Below, in pieces: positions 28,210-44,540 of a DNA stretch of 64,000 nucleotides. The translations under genes were made by a program, and so were the position numbers. Position 1 is the stretch's first letter. Each line of letters starts with the position of its first letter. The notes under the pieces were generated by a model, which worked only from the letters and a program-made list of their open reading frames with translations, had not been told where the DNA came from and searched no databases. This stretch comes from the human T2T-CHM13v2.0 reference genome, Homo sapiens, in the NCBI RefSeq assembly GCF_009914755.1, contig NC_060932.1. One strand, 5' to 3'.

Positions 28210-30561
28210 TTAGTGAATATAGTGAGTATTCGCATCTGTAAATATTAATTTCTATGGCTAATATTTATGAAATTGTCATATAACTCAAAATGGTTACAGA
28301 GAAACTATGTGTATCAGAGGTAAACTGCTTTCATCTTATTTAATATTCAAGTTCTAAATTTTTTGAAAAAATCATAGGTTATAATTTAAACAGATGGTGG
28401 TATGATCTTTGGAAAAGCATTCAGCCATGTTGCTGTTTAATGAGTTCGACAGGCTTGAAATTAGAGAAGCTATCAATGACTGCCAGGTTTGGCAGCAAGG
28501 AAAAATCATGGTCGATAGAATTTAAGGATTTCTTCAATACTCTTTGTCTAGAGGCCGTGCAGATTATAGTTTTAAAAATCAGTCAATAGCTTCAAAGGAA
28601 AATTTTCTCAGTCTATACAAAGATTTATGGAACTGATTATTATTTTGGTGGTGAACTGATTTCTCACTAACAAACTTTCTATAATAACCAATATTTTAGC
28701 TTTTCAGTATTTCATATTTTTAGGTATTGTCTTTGGTTTGTTTTACATTTTCGTCTCCTCGGTTAAACAGTAATGTACATATCTGTTCAAAATGATGGGT
28801 CAGCCACTTCTCAGTGTTTTGGAGGGAATCCAGCAAGGTGATGTGAACTGAGGTATTTTATAACTTGGGTCATTCACATCTAGTTCAAGAATCAGTTTTT
28901 ATACTAATTGCCTGTCATTTAACATTAAGCATATATTTTACTAGAGTAAGATTGTTAAGTACGCCACTAAAAGTACATTCCATTTTTTTTTACTTTCCCT
29001 GCACTTCAGCTAACATATTTTAAATGGATTAGATGAATGTGTTTCACTATACCACATCAGAACCAAATGAGGCCATGGGGAGGCTATTACGTGCATCTGA
29101 GTTCACCTAACTTTAATGTCTTTATGATCAACCAGTAACTGAATACCCCTCAGCACCTTATGAAATTAACAGGCTGCCATTTACATGCAGTTCTAGGATA
29201 ACATCAGTGGTGTATTTGTCTAATTACTTACGTTTCCAGTTCCCTCATGAACAAAGCAGGAATAATGAACCATTTTAAATAATGTAGCAGTAATGTTATA
29301 ATATCCCAGTGCTTCACAGAGAACCACTTTCTCCAAATAGGAAATATAGTCTTAGCACGTATGAGACATGAGGAATCACAGATGTTTGTCACACTTTGTA
29401 GATGTGTTGGATGACATTTCATAATGCTGAGAAACGTTCCAAACTATTTTAAGAAGAAAGTAAAAAACACGCATACTGGCTTGGCATTAAAATAGTGCAG
29501 CTATGACTGAACATCTTGCTACAACCTCCAATATATCCAAAGGGGAAGGAATGAAAAAATATTACTGCACTTTTGCTGTCGTGTGGTCTTCTGCTAAATT
29601 GATCAATTCAATAAATAGCTGAGTACAGCCACATAATCACTGCTATATTGACATTTATTTTCACACATATTAAACACTGAATCCTACATGCATGTTATTT
29701 TGGTCTTTAAACAAGATGTTTAATAAATATGCCATTGTGACTTGAAATCTTGACTAATGATTTAGCTGCATTATTAAAGTATTGCACTACATATTTTAGA
29801 TTTTATTAGTTACCTTCATCGAGTTGTTTAATGATGTGTTTGTTTTAAGATTTAGTCTTCATAGAAATCCAGATGATGAAAAGTAGGGGAAAGCAAGCTA
29901 AGATCATAAGAGGAAGCTAAGAAAAACTAACAGAAAATAAATTTTACAATCATTGTTATTTATATATTAGTTAAAAGCATTATTAGAAGGAAATAAGCAT
30001 AGTCTAAGAAATGACCATGGCATGAACTAAAACAAGATTGAAACATATCCAGTGAATGATAATATATGGATAACTATTAATCTGAATGAATCTTGCCTAA
30101 TGATGCACACTCTTGGAAACTTTAGTTAAATTAATTTTAAAATTTAAGTCATTTTCTCTTGTTATGCATCCTTATTGCCTAAAACTATAAAAATAGCTAT
30201 AAAATCTCATTTTTTTCTTAAGAAAAACACAAAAAGTTCAGTTTTTTTGTGTACTCCTAAACTTTATTCTCCTGAAGGTCATTACCTTACACTGTTTCTT
30301 ATCCTCTCCAAAATGTAAGATGCTTTACTTTCTTCTGAAACTTCTCTGGGTTTATTATATATTATTTAAAGGACTAAAGCCACTGCATGCTTTCTAATAA
30401 CAATATTACCTGTTCTGAGTTTAGCTACCTTTTTTTGGCTATTGTAATGAGATATATTTCAATTCCTTTGCTCATTGTGCTAAACAATAGAGTTATGTTT
30501 CTGATTCCTATTCAGCTAATTAGAAAGTAGCTTCCATTTTGTCTGTTCAAAAATTTATATT

Positions 30562-30855
<294 letters not shown>

Positions 30856-33634
30856 TCAGTGGAATTAGTTGAGGAGGAAAGATGGCAATGGCAAAAGCAG
30901 TTTTTTTTTTAATAGCCTCAAAAGAAATTAACGCAGAAAAAAAAAAGTCATTACTGCCGTAAGAGTCTCAGGGTTTATTTATATGTAAACGCTGAATCAA
31001 GAAATTGCCACATGGGTGAACTGCTATTAGTAGAAATCAGTGCCAAAGGGAACAGAGATTTATTTTATTATTCCAATTTTAAGTGATCATCATTTTATGA
31101 TGTGTTCCCAGTGGATCCATAAATAGGTTTATCTGCATTGCATTTACCACACACAATAAGTGTTGCCATGGAATTTGTTTTGGTCCTATGTCACCAATTC
31201 TGAAATGCAGGATACTCAGGGGCTTCTGCTATTCTTTTTTTCCCCTCAAATTCAATTAACTATTTAATTTCAGGAACCTCTGCCTTATCTAATAATTATG
31301 TGATTTTTTAAATTCAAATTAGAATGAATACGTCTAGAAAACACATGGTAAAACTTTGAATCTCAAGAGAACAACAACAACAATAATATCAAAAATAATT
31401 CATCTAATTTTTAAAATTTTTCGTAATATCTGAAAAAAACAGTTTCTTAAATTTATATAACGTGATAGTTTTACTGATTCATGAGAATTAAAAGTTACGG
31501 GAAAATCCCACTTACTATTTCTAGGAGACAATTTCTCCACTGATAGAGGCTGGAGAGTAGTTCCCAATACAGGATTTAATTACAGATGTATCCTAATAAA
31601 CAGCAGTAATCTATATCTCATCATTTGAAATGATGTATGTCAACCCCAAACCCTCAACTAAAACTATTTATGAATGACAAGCTCATGTTAAGATGTAAAG
31701 AAAAAGTTCAAAACATATTTTGTTCTACAAAGTTCAGTTCTTAAAAACCAAGAGCCATTCTACTGGTCAGACTTTGATCAGTGGACTTTCTATAACATGT
31801 GTCTGTTATGCCTATTGAGCTATAAAATATTAAAATAATAACTTCAGCTACTAATTTAATCATAGTATAATATGTAAAAAAATTATTTGAAATAATGATT
31901 ATTTGAAACTTAATGTTTACTTTTGCCTTTAAACTAGCCACTTGGCCTTTCAAGTGCCATGGCATAAGTCATGTCAGTGGGATTCTAAATTTTTATGTCT
32001 TCTAATTACAGTGATTTTAAAAAGGAGGGCAAAGAGTAAGAATCAAATTATTATTTCTATGGTCATTCTTAAGAAAAATAAAAATTTAACCATTTTATCC
32101 TATTGAGACTCTGGAATAGATGAAACATTATTTAGTTTATCACATCACAATATACCTTTGGTGTGAAAAGCAAGCCAAGATATCAATAGAAAATGATAAC
32201 CTAAAATAATCTGCATATACGAGTTTAGTAGGATTATAAAACAATGATCTTCCTAACTACTCACATAAAAACTAGCCCAATCCCAAGGTGTCTTTGTTTA
32301 CTTTTAAGCTCTAATTTATAATTTTATTGACCTAGAGTGAAGTTAAGGCATATCTGCTTATTGCTGCAAGCGGGTAAAAATGGCCTTACCTTTTACTTCT
32401 GTATTAGAATATGGCAAAATATACTCATTATTCTGCTTATTTCTCTAATCCACTAATAGATAGACATTTTACAACTATTTTAAGTACATAACACTCTATT
32501 GGGAAGAAAATGCCCTGACTTTTTTGACAGTATTATAGTCCATATAGTAGTTAATGTAACCACTATGCTCTCTTAAATCCTATAGTTTACAACCCATTGT
32601 CAATTTCGCTGGGAAAAAAATGTTAAAATGTAATTTTTAGAAAGAATGGTAAAATCATGACTCAAGAATGCATATGAAAATAAACACTTGTTAAAGAATT
32701 TATTTTACTAATGTCATATGAGGGACCAAGGCAGATATTATGACTGGTTTAAAGAAACAATCAAAACAGCACAAATTTGTAAGAAGTAAGGGAATATTGA
32801 GATGAATTGTAAATGGGGACAAAATTGTTCCACACTGGAAAGAAATTAATTGAAATCATTAACTTACAGGAGAGAATTTACATATCATTAGTCAATTTAC
32901 AACTTACAAAGAGTTGCAAAGTAGCTCAAAGACAACAGGACTAGAATATGATAAATCTGGAAGGACATGCTACAGAAGATGCATAGTTTTCTATTGAAAG
33001 AAATTTTCCACAATATTCCCCCTATTGATTAAAAATAATCTCAAAGAAAGATTACTCTTGATCACAAAATACAAATTGTTCTCATTAGATTTAGTCTGAT
33101 TATTTACATAGGTGCAGCAACAGTGTTAATTTGCTACATGGGCCTTCCTAAGTTTGCTTTGCTAAAAGTTTTTCTAAAGAATCTCAAATTGGACCTTTAA
33201 AAGCCCCTTGAGGCTTGGCAGTCAAGCTAACAACGCACCACAGGATTTTATCTATAGTACCTATTTATTTGGGTGAATTTCTTTCTTCTCAAGGTCCCTA
33301 AAATATCCTAATGTTCCTGGGACGGACAGGAAGTGACCTTCATTACTCACTTGTGAGGCTGGGAACCCTGTAAGCTACCTGCCATAACAGTTTTCCTAAG
33401 AGGGCTTTGTAAACATTGCTTTCATGAAGTCAATCTTTGTTCCTTAAAAGTGTCTGGTCATACCTGATTAAATGAGCATCAGTCTCAAATAGGACAATCC
33501 TGGCAAGTCTTTAGTTGCATAACCAAAGTTTCCAATTATGTCCTAGCATAAGGAATAACAGATTATTACTGGATTCATGCAAATAGCTACATTGCTACAA
33601 AATAAGAATATTCAATAAGAGTTTCCAAATTCTT

Positions 33635-33991
<357 letters not shown>

Positions 33992-34082
33992 TCACAATGT
34001 TTTATTTTAGTTTACAAAAATGGAGTCTATTAAATTGCTGTGAGTTATAGATAGCTTAAGAAGATAGAAAAAGGCCTCTCTT

Positions 34083-34544
34083 CACTATTCACAATAGCAA
34101 AGACTTGGAACCAACCCAAATGTCCAACAATGATAGACTGGATTAAGAAAATATGGCACATATACACCATGGAATACTATGCAGCTATAAAAAATGATGA
34201 GTTCATGTCCTTTGTAGGGACATGGATGAAGCTGGAAACCATCATTCTCAGCAAACGATTGCAAGGACAAAAAACCGAACACCACATGTTCTCTCACTCA
34301 TGGGTGGGAACTGAACAATGAGAACATATGGACACAGGAAGGGGAACATCACACACTGGGGCCTGTTGTGGGGTGGGGGGAGGGGGAAGGGATAGCATTA
34401 GGAGATATACCTAATGTTAAATGACGAGTTGATGGGTGCAGCACACCAACATGGCACATGTATACATATGTAACTAACCTGCACGTTGTGCACATGTACC
34501 CTAAAACTTAGAGTATAATTTTAAAAAAAAAGAAAGAAAAAAAA
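34083..34544 (+). mobile_element. L1PA4/5-like 3' end
   Basis: ORF2 tail (MEYYAAIKNDEFMSFVGTWMKLE), 3' UTR and A tail; TSD agaaaaaggcct(c/t)tctt. Confidence 0.9.
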
Positions 34545-36013
34545 AGAAAAAGGCCTTTCTTATATATTGGTAAATAGAACATTAAAACCATACCAATAGT
34601 CCAAATAAAACTTAATCATCACTCATTAATTCATTCAATTCTATGTAATTTTTGTTCCACTGGATCTTTTGTTAGGAGTTTCATAAACTCATCTCTAAAA
34701 TGACTAAAATTCTGGAATTCCTGACTCAGTTCCAGTATTATAGTCTAAAAAGCTTATTTCAGTGATGTCATCAGAAGCTCATACCCAAAAGTACCAGGCA
34801 ATGCCCTTTTCCATAGGGCTCTCAAGTAGTTCATTGTTGAAGAAAAAACATCTGACCTATAATTTATTTCAGAGCTTTCAGGAAAGCATCAGAGTAAAAT
34901 AACAACAAAAAATTGCCCATAGAGAACAAAAGACTTAATATGACTGTTGCTAACTTATTAGTGATAATTTTTAACAGTAAAAGATCTATTAAAAATTCAT
35001 AACAAGAATAATACAGTTGACAAGAAAATTTGGTTATGTCTATGGCATGCAATACAAGATAATATAATCAATTGCAAAAAATAGATGATCATAATATTTA
35101 CGGAGAAAAAATTTTGATATAAAAATAAGCCTTATCATAGAACACATTATAGGAATCTTAAAAAAAAAGCCTGACATATCATGAATAAACTAAGCATATA
35201 ATAAGATATTCTAAAAATATAGCAAGGATATCAGTAAGAGGTTTACTAAATCAGTACTAGTTCTTAAACATCTGTGTATTAGTAAAACTCCATATTAAAT
35301 TATTGTGAATCTCCAGTTGAAAACTACTGACATAGAAGATCCAAATTAAAGAACTGATGATTCAACCACATTAACATTTTAAAATATAACTGAAATTATG
35401 ACGGCTAAAATGCACCCTTTTCAACTAACATCAGGCACAGCAGACTACTAAGTAGAAACATCCCTTGGACAGCAAGGACACTGAAAAATCTCTACGAACT
35501 TCCCATATTTCATTCAATTTCTGAAATACTTATAATAATAACATTTACCTAAGCGAACTTGGGCATCTTTTCTCATTTTATAACTCTTCCCTCACAATTC
35601 ATCAATAGTAATGTATCAAATAAGCCTCATTATTTCTACTTTTTTTATAAGATAAATGAACAGAAAGAACTTTTTTTCAATTCTTTATTTTTAATTTTTG
35701 TGGGTACTAGTAGTAAGTGCATATGTTTGTGGGGTACACAAGATATTCTAATAAAAAAATGCAGTGACTAATAATCACATCAGGGTAAATGGGATATCCA
35801 TCACCTCAAGCATTTTTCCTTCGAAAAGCAGAATACTTTGATCTTCCAGACGCCCTCTCATAAATCTCAAAGATAATTTTATATGTAAGATAACCTAAAA
35901 ATTATTTTATTTTGTTTATAATTTGCTTTCAGAAACAAAAACAAAAATCAAAAGCTGTGAAGAGATTTTAATACTTAAGATAAAAATCAGAAATGCCTGA
36001 GAAACAGTATTAT

Positions 36014-37533
<1,520 letters not shown>

Positions 37534-38176
37534 AGTGTCACTCATTTTAAAGTAACAATAAAACATTTAAAAATTAAACATAAGAAGTTAACATGAATGT
37601 AAAAAACCTAAATGAGAAACTTATTTTCTTTAAAAAGGACATCAGAAAATTGATACAAATATCGAAGGTTATTCCAGTAAAACACAGTATCTTTATTATC
37701 TAGGCATATTCCACAGGAAAATATAAGAATAATTATTTTTATTATGGCAATAAAAAGTTAGCCAAGGAAACAAGGCCATGAAAAATGAGCACATTTTACT
37801 AAGAGTTTAAAATATTTCATAGTTTTTCAAACTCAGATATTATAAATGTAGACAAATAAAATTAATTTGCAAATATTGTCTTCTATTATGCAGTTTCATA
37901 TTCTGGAACAAACTGACAGTTTAGGACCAATCTCAGGGGATCCACAAGGTCAGAATTAGTTTTATGATATTACTAGAGTGTTATTAACATCAGTGTAGTC
38001 ATTGTTGCTATCTTCAAATGAATACAAGTAAGCATTTAAATTTTTCATTTCAAATTTTTACACAGTAAATAAAAATAATTATCACCCACAAACTCTTTTT
38101 AGAATCCTCAATAAGCCTAAAGAGTGCAAAGGGATTCAGAGACCCAAAAAGCCACTCCTTAAGAGAAAACTACTCC

Positions 38177-38463
<287 letters not shown>

Positions 38464-39231
38464 CTACTCTTTTCCTTGAAAAATAGAAGTATGTACATAG
38501 TTGTATTTCTCTGAAACTACTGTTTATAAGCATTCTCATTCCAATATATCAATTATATCTTTTAACCAAAGTAAGGTCTATTTCAGAGAAAATTGGGGGG
38601 TGGACCTCCATGAATGTTACAAACCTGCATCCTTGCAGTCCAGCATAGCTGATGAACACAGCTACTCTTTATACTAACCTCCTCAAAGGGGCAAAATGAA
38701 CACATTCATTAACAGATCCGAAGATATAGTCTCTCTGTAGCATATAAATATAAAATAAGAAACAAAGCATATAAACCTAAAATTATGCTTAATGAGTATT
38801 TATCTAGTGGTGTAATGAATGAATGTACATACATTAGTTGATTTCCTTTAATGTCTATCCAGAGTTTTAAACCATCTGAAAAGCTTAGAAATTATCTTCA
38901 AATTGACATCCTACAAAACATAATTACTGCTGAAATAACATTGTCAGGATAATGAATTAATTTGGCTAAACACAAATTTATATTTTTCACAACCTTAAAC
39001 ACGAACTAGAAGTAATGTTAGGTTGGTTGATCAGTAAACCTGTGTAAGTTTAATAACATACTCAAGTAGAATTAAGATTTACCTTTGTATTTAACATTAA
39101 TAAATCAGGATTGATGTAGCTATTTTTATTAAAACAAAATTATTAAACTAGTCTCATTTGCCATGATTTACCTAAATTATATAAACTAGAATTCTTAAAA
39201 ACATTTCCCAGTTAGTTTCAATAAGAGTCCC

Positions 39232-39524
39232 TTTTTTTCCCCCTTGAGACGGAGTCTCGCTCTCTCACCCAGGCTGGAGGGCAGTGGCACGATCTGGGAT
39301 CACTGCAACCTCTGCCTCCCGGGTTCAAGCAATTCTCTGCCTCAGCCTCCTGAGTAGCTGGGATTACAGGCACCCGCTACCACGCCTGGCTAATTTTTGT
39401 ATTTTTAGTAGAGACGGAGTTTCATCATCTTGGCCAGGCTGGTCTTAAACTCCTGACCTCGTGATCCACCCGCCTCGGCCCCACAAAATGCTGGGATTCC
39501 AAGCGTGAGCCACTGCACCCAGCC
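39232..39524 (-). mobile_element. AluS
   Basis: Antisense Alu dimer. Confidence 0.9.
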
Positions 39525-39889
39525 AAGAGTACCTTTTAAGTACAGCGTATAGGAAATATTAGAAGTTCAGTTCTCTTATTTGCTGGAAATTTAAAATTAT
39601 TATCTCTATATAAGCACTTATTTGTTACTTTAAGCCAATCAGAATAGAGTTTTTTTGTTTAAGAGGTTTTATATCAAATTTATTAACACCATTGGATTTA
39701 GGAAAATATTATGACCTTATACAATAAGACATAAAGGCCTTTCTGAATTCCAGACTTGTAGCCAGAGACAAGGACACATCGAATTTATTCAATTTTCAAC
39801 TTCTAGCCATGGGTAAAGATTAAATACAGAATAACAAAACTCAATGGTTAGTATCAAATAATTATTCCCTTTTCTTATCAATGGCTCAT

Positions 39890-40215
39890 GTTATTTTTAT
39901 TTTATTTTACTTTTAATTTTTATAGACAGGGTCTCTCTTTTTCATTCAGGCTGGAGTGAAGTAGCATGATCATAGCTCACTGCAGCCTGAAACTCCTGGA
40001 CTCAAATGATCCTCCTGCCTCAGCCTCCTGAGTAGCTAGGACTACAGGTGTGCACTGCCATGCCCAGCTAATTTTTATGTATTTATGTATTTTTTTGTGG
40101 AGGCAGGTTTTGCTATGTTGTTCAGGCTTGTCTCTAACTCCTGTCCTCGAGGATTCCTATGGTCTCAGTTCCCCAAAGGGCTGGGATTACAAGCATGAGC
40201 CACTGGACCTGGCCA
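39890..40215 (-). mobile_element. AluJ-like
   Basis: Diverged antisense Alu dimer. Confidence 0.85.
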
Positions 40216-40369
40216 GTTCAACAACTGCTTTGGATCCACCTCCAGCAAATTAAACTATCCATGAAGTGCACTTGTCTAGCAATGAAGTTTGCCAGATTCT
40301 GGTGGGTGAACTCATTGGGCATCTTAGTGAAAATCCTCTAAAACTGTTCAAAGGTACTTTTCATAAAAG

Positions 40370-40592
40370 TTAAGTTTTTGAGATCTATTGCACAGCAGGT
40401 TGACAATAGTTAATAATAATATATTGTATATTTCAAAATAGCTAAGAGAGTAAATTTCAAATGTCTCACCACCAAAAAAAATGGCGATATGCTAGTTAGC
40501 TTGATGTAATCATTCCACATTGTATACATTTATCCAAACATCACATTGTACCCCATAAATGTATACAATTTGTCAGTGGAAAGTAATAATAA
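40370..40592 (+). mobile_element. L1MA-like 3' UTR fragment
   Basis: gagatctattgcacagc..aaatagctaagagagta..cattgtaccccataaat. Confidence 0.72.
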
Positions 40593-43500
40593 AATGTTAA
40601 ATCATTTCTTGCACACAAATATGAACATGGACATGTGTTAAAGAATTTACTCATGTCATATAAGGGAACAGGCAGATATGATAGCCACTTAAAAGAATAA
40701 ATCAAATAGCACAAATTTATATGGAGTAAAAAAATGTTGAGGTGAATTGCAAATGTGAAAGAGAATTTTCATCATGGGGGGGAAGGAAGTCAATTAAAAT
40801 CACTACTAGGCAGGAAAGAATTTACCTAACACTTTAAAAATACCTCAAAGGCAATGGCCAGAGATAGAATCTGACAAATCTAGAAGGGTACATTATGAAT
40901 AATATGTAGTTTTCCATTGGAACAAAAATTCTTTCTACAAAAGTAATTCTATATTTTATACTTATCACCAAACTGGCCTAATAAATATTGACTTGCAGAA
41001 GTATATAGGGTATCTATGTAAAACATAAGACTGTTTTGCTATTTCCACATTGGTTTATACTCACTGAGTGTAGAGAAGGTGCCCCAGGAAAGAGAGATTC
41101 ACAGTTATGTAAGCCACTTTCAATCCTCTATGATATACGGCTAGGCATTAGATTAGACAAGGTACAATATCTGCATTTTTTCCCCATACCTTACAAACAT
41201 CTAGTGGAGAGACCAGAAAAGATTATTGTATACAAAATACTTACCAAACTGTTTCATCCTCCACAATAATGCAAACCTAGACACAATATTAAGCTAGGAA
41301 GATCTACCTTAGTGACTGCAGGGTGTAGATTTTCCTTTCATTGTCTCTCTCTCTTTGATTGAATGTGCCAACAACCAGAAATTGTCTTCTGACCTCCACG
41401 ATTCAAATTGACAAACCTTGTCCCTGTAGTCAGTATAATTCTCATCAGAATTGGTCTTTTCTAGCCCATAACTTAAAGACCCCTCTCTTCTCACGGGCCT
41501 AAGTCTCCCTTGCTAAGGTGACTGTATCGTATAATGAGTTCTTGCAATGTACCTCCAGTTAATGTGTCTGCACTTCTCTAGGTTTTTTGGAGAACAAATG
41601 GGTGGAATAGGTGGGTATTCCAGACAGCATGGTTGGCAGAACCGGTAACCATCTGGGGACAATCATGCTAAAATCCCTCCTTGTAGCTGCTGACCATACC
41701 TAAGAAAACACCATCATGATGAGTAAGTTACTTTGTGGAAGTAGATCTGAATCCATTAGCTGAGTTTGGATCCTTCGTGACTGAGAAGGTTGTGCTATTT
41801 TGTCCTGAGGCTAGCAGCACTGTTAGTGACTCTTGTATGTGCCCGTCTATCAATTTGAGCTCCTATTGTCCAATAGGAGCTCTTATCTTCCAATTTTTGA
41901 CAGGAATAATGAAGGAGAGCATATATTTATTATTGATGCAGATTTATATTTTAAAGATGAAAAAGCACCATTTGGTTTATCTCTTCCTGTCTCAGGCTGC
42001 TTCATGACAACTTTTCAGGAAGCAGCCTGTTACTGAGGTCACATGCAGCTCTTCCCCATCCCGAACACAGGTTTTAAAATATGGACAGAATCACCAGATG
42101 TACATGCCCTGCAAATTAGGAATAAAGCACCATCTGCCCATGCACAGGCTTATTCTGTTTTTCATAAAGAGAGCAGTGACTTTGCCATAATTTTCCCCTT
42201 TTTTTCCATTCATATGCATGATTGGTGAGAAGCTTACATAGACTAATTCCAGGAACACAGTGAAGCTGGTAAACAAAGGAAAGCATTTGAAAAAAAAAAA
42301 GGGTCTAGACATTACATTTTCACCCCAGGGAGATTTTTTTTTTTTGTCTATTCTCTCTTATATTTGTTAAATGGCTCACAAAATCAGTGGCATTTTAAAA
42401 ATTAACCTGTTTCTTAATTTCTCATAAAATTAACATATGTCTGTTGTAATAGACAAAAGTAAACAAAAAGAAAATAAAATGACTAATGTATTTCTATGAT
42501 CAAAAATAAAATATTGATATATTTTCCTTTCAGGATAGATTAAGATACATAAGTAAATAATCAAATAATTATAAAATTATAAAATTAGGCCTTGCTATTT
42601 TTATATATGTTTAAAGGTTAATAATATATTGTATCAGCCACTCTTCTAAGTGTCTTACACAATGCAGTTATCCAGTAGATATTATTATGCTCATTTTATA
42701 AAAGATAATGGAGGCACATGTTCACGCTGCTGCTTAGTGGTGGAGCTGTGATCTGACCACATTCTTAAGTAATTTGCTAGGCCACACCTACATTATCAAA
42801 TTCACTGGCAGATTATTTAAATGAGTGAATGCAGCATTACCTGGTATACATATTTGAACTGTTCCTTCATTATAAGGCATGTTAAGCAATAGTTTTCAAA
42901 ATAAGGTAAAATCCTGACTCAAACAGTTTAAAAATAAACTTGTAATAAAGATTTTCTTTAATCCATTATGGAAGAAACTGGTGAGGTGTTCAAATCTCTT
43001 CAAAAATGAATCAAAACCACAGAGAGAACAAGAAAGAGAGATTTAGAAACCAATAATAATAAAATAAATGTGCAAATAGGAACAAAACTAGTCTTTTTCA
43101 TGGTATAGGAGGGGAGTCAATTGAACCTCCAGAGGAAAAAATTGACACATCTATAGACAATAATTATTTTGCATCACTATGAATTATCTACAATTTACAG
43201 AGTTGAAAATAATTTTGGAATAAGATAATGCCGGAGGCTAAACAAAAATACATAATTTTCCATTGATCACAGATTTTCCCCTACAGATCTTTAAATTGTT
43301 TCCAGTTTTTACTATTATCAATAATCTCCAGTAAATCATTTATATATACATTTCATGCACATATTTATTAATTAGAAAATACAAATATATATATATATAT
43401 ACATTCCTTTTCTCAAATTACCAATACATACTACCAAATGGCCCCCAACATAGTTATAAAATCAACTCCCAAAAATGAGGCTGTAAGTGCCTATTTTTAC

Positions 43501-44081
43501 ACACACATAAAGACAGTAGATCTTAGATTCTCTGACTTTTTAATCTCCAAATTCTCATTTCACTGCAACAATGATGAAAGATGCATTTTACGCATCACAG
43601 CAAAATTAAAGTTGCAACATTTTGCAAGCTGAAAGCTTGAAAAACATTGTCTTGGGGAAAAGGACCTCTAAATATTTGAAGTCATTAAATGAATTTATCA
43701 TAGAACCATGTTCTTAGAGGAGATATTAAAAGGGTACTTGGTCCATTTTATTATCTCTTTGACAAGAAAGATTACACGTAGGTTTCCCATAAACATCCAC
43801 ACATGCTGTCCTTCATTATTCCTGCCAATGCACACACATAGAAATATACATGGAAGATTCAGGAAGTAACCAAGAGGAAAGAAAAAGATTATTATATGAA
43901 TGAATTTAGATGAATACTGACTGTATAAATAAGAATGTCTTATGGGGCTTAAAAAATACATTGAGTATTATAATACACAGTAAAAATCATAATTTGAGGG
44001 GCTAAAAATGTTAAAATGCTCTAAGGTCTTTGCATAACCAAAAATCTCCAAAAGAATATTCCAAACATTCTTGAAATACTA

Positions 44082-44540
44082 TGTGCATTCGGTGGAATTG
44101 CATCCTCCAAAAAGATACGTTCAAGCCCTAACAGCTGGTATCTATGATTGTGACCTCATTTGGAAACAGAGTCTTTACAAATGTAACCAAGTTAAGAAGA
44201 AGTCATGTTAGTTTAGGTTAGGACCCAATCCAGTGACCAGCATCCTTAAAAGAATAGAGAAATTTGGACACAGAGACACATAAGAATGCCATATGATGAT
44301 CAAGGCACAGATTGGAGTGATACATCTATGAGCAAAGGAATACGAAGGATTGCTGGCAACCACTCATATCTTGGAGAAGGGCATGGAACATTCTCCTTCA
44401 GAGCACCGAGAGGGAACCAAACATGCTGACACTTTAATCTTGGATTTCTAACCTCCAGAATTGTGGGTAAATAATTTTTTATTGTTTTAAGCCCCCCAGT
44501 TTGCGGTATTTTGTTATGGCAGCCTAGGAAACCAACTAAT
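44082..44540 (+). mobile_element. MLT1C-like LTR
   Basis: gtgacctcatttggaaacagagtcttt ... ttttgttatggcagcctaggaaac. Confidence 0.78.
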
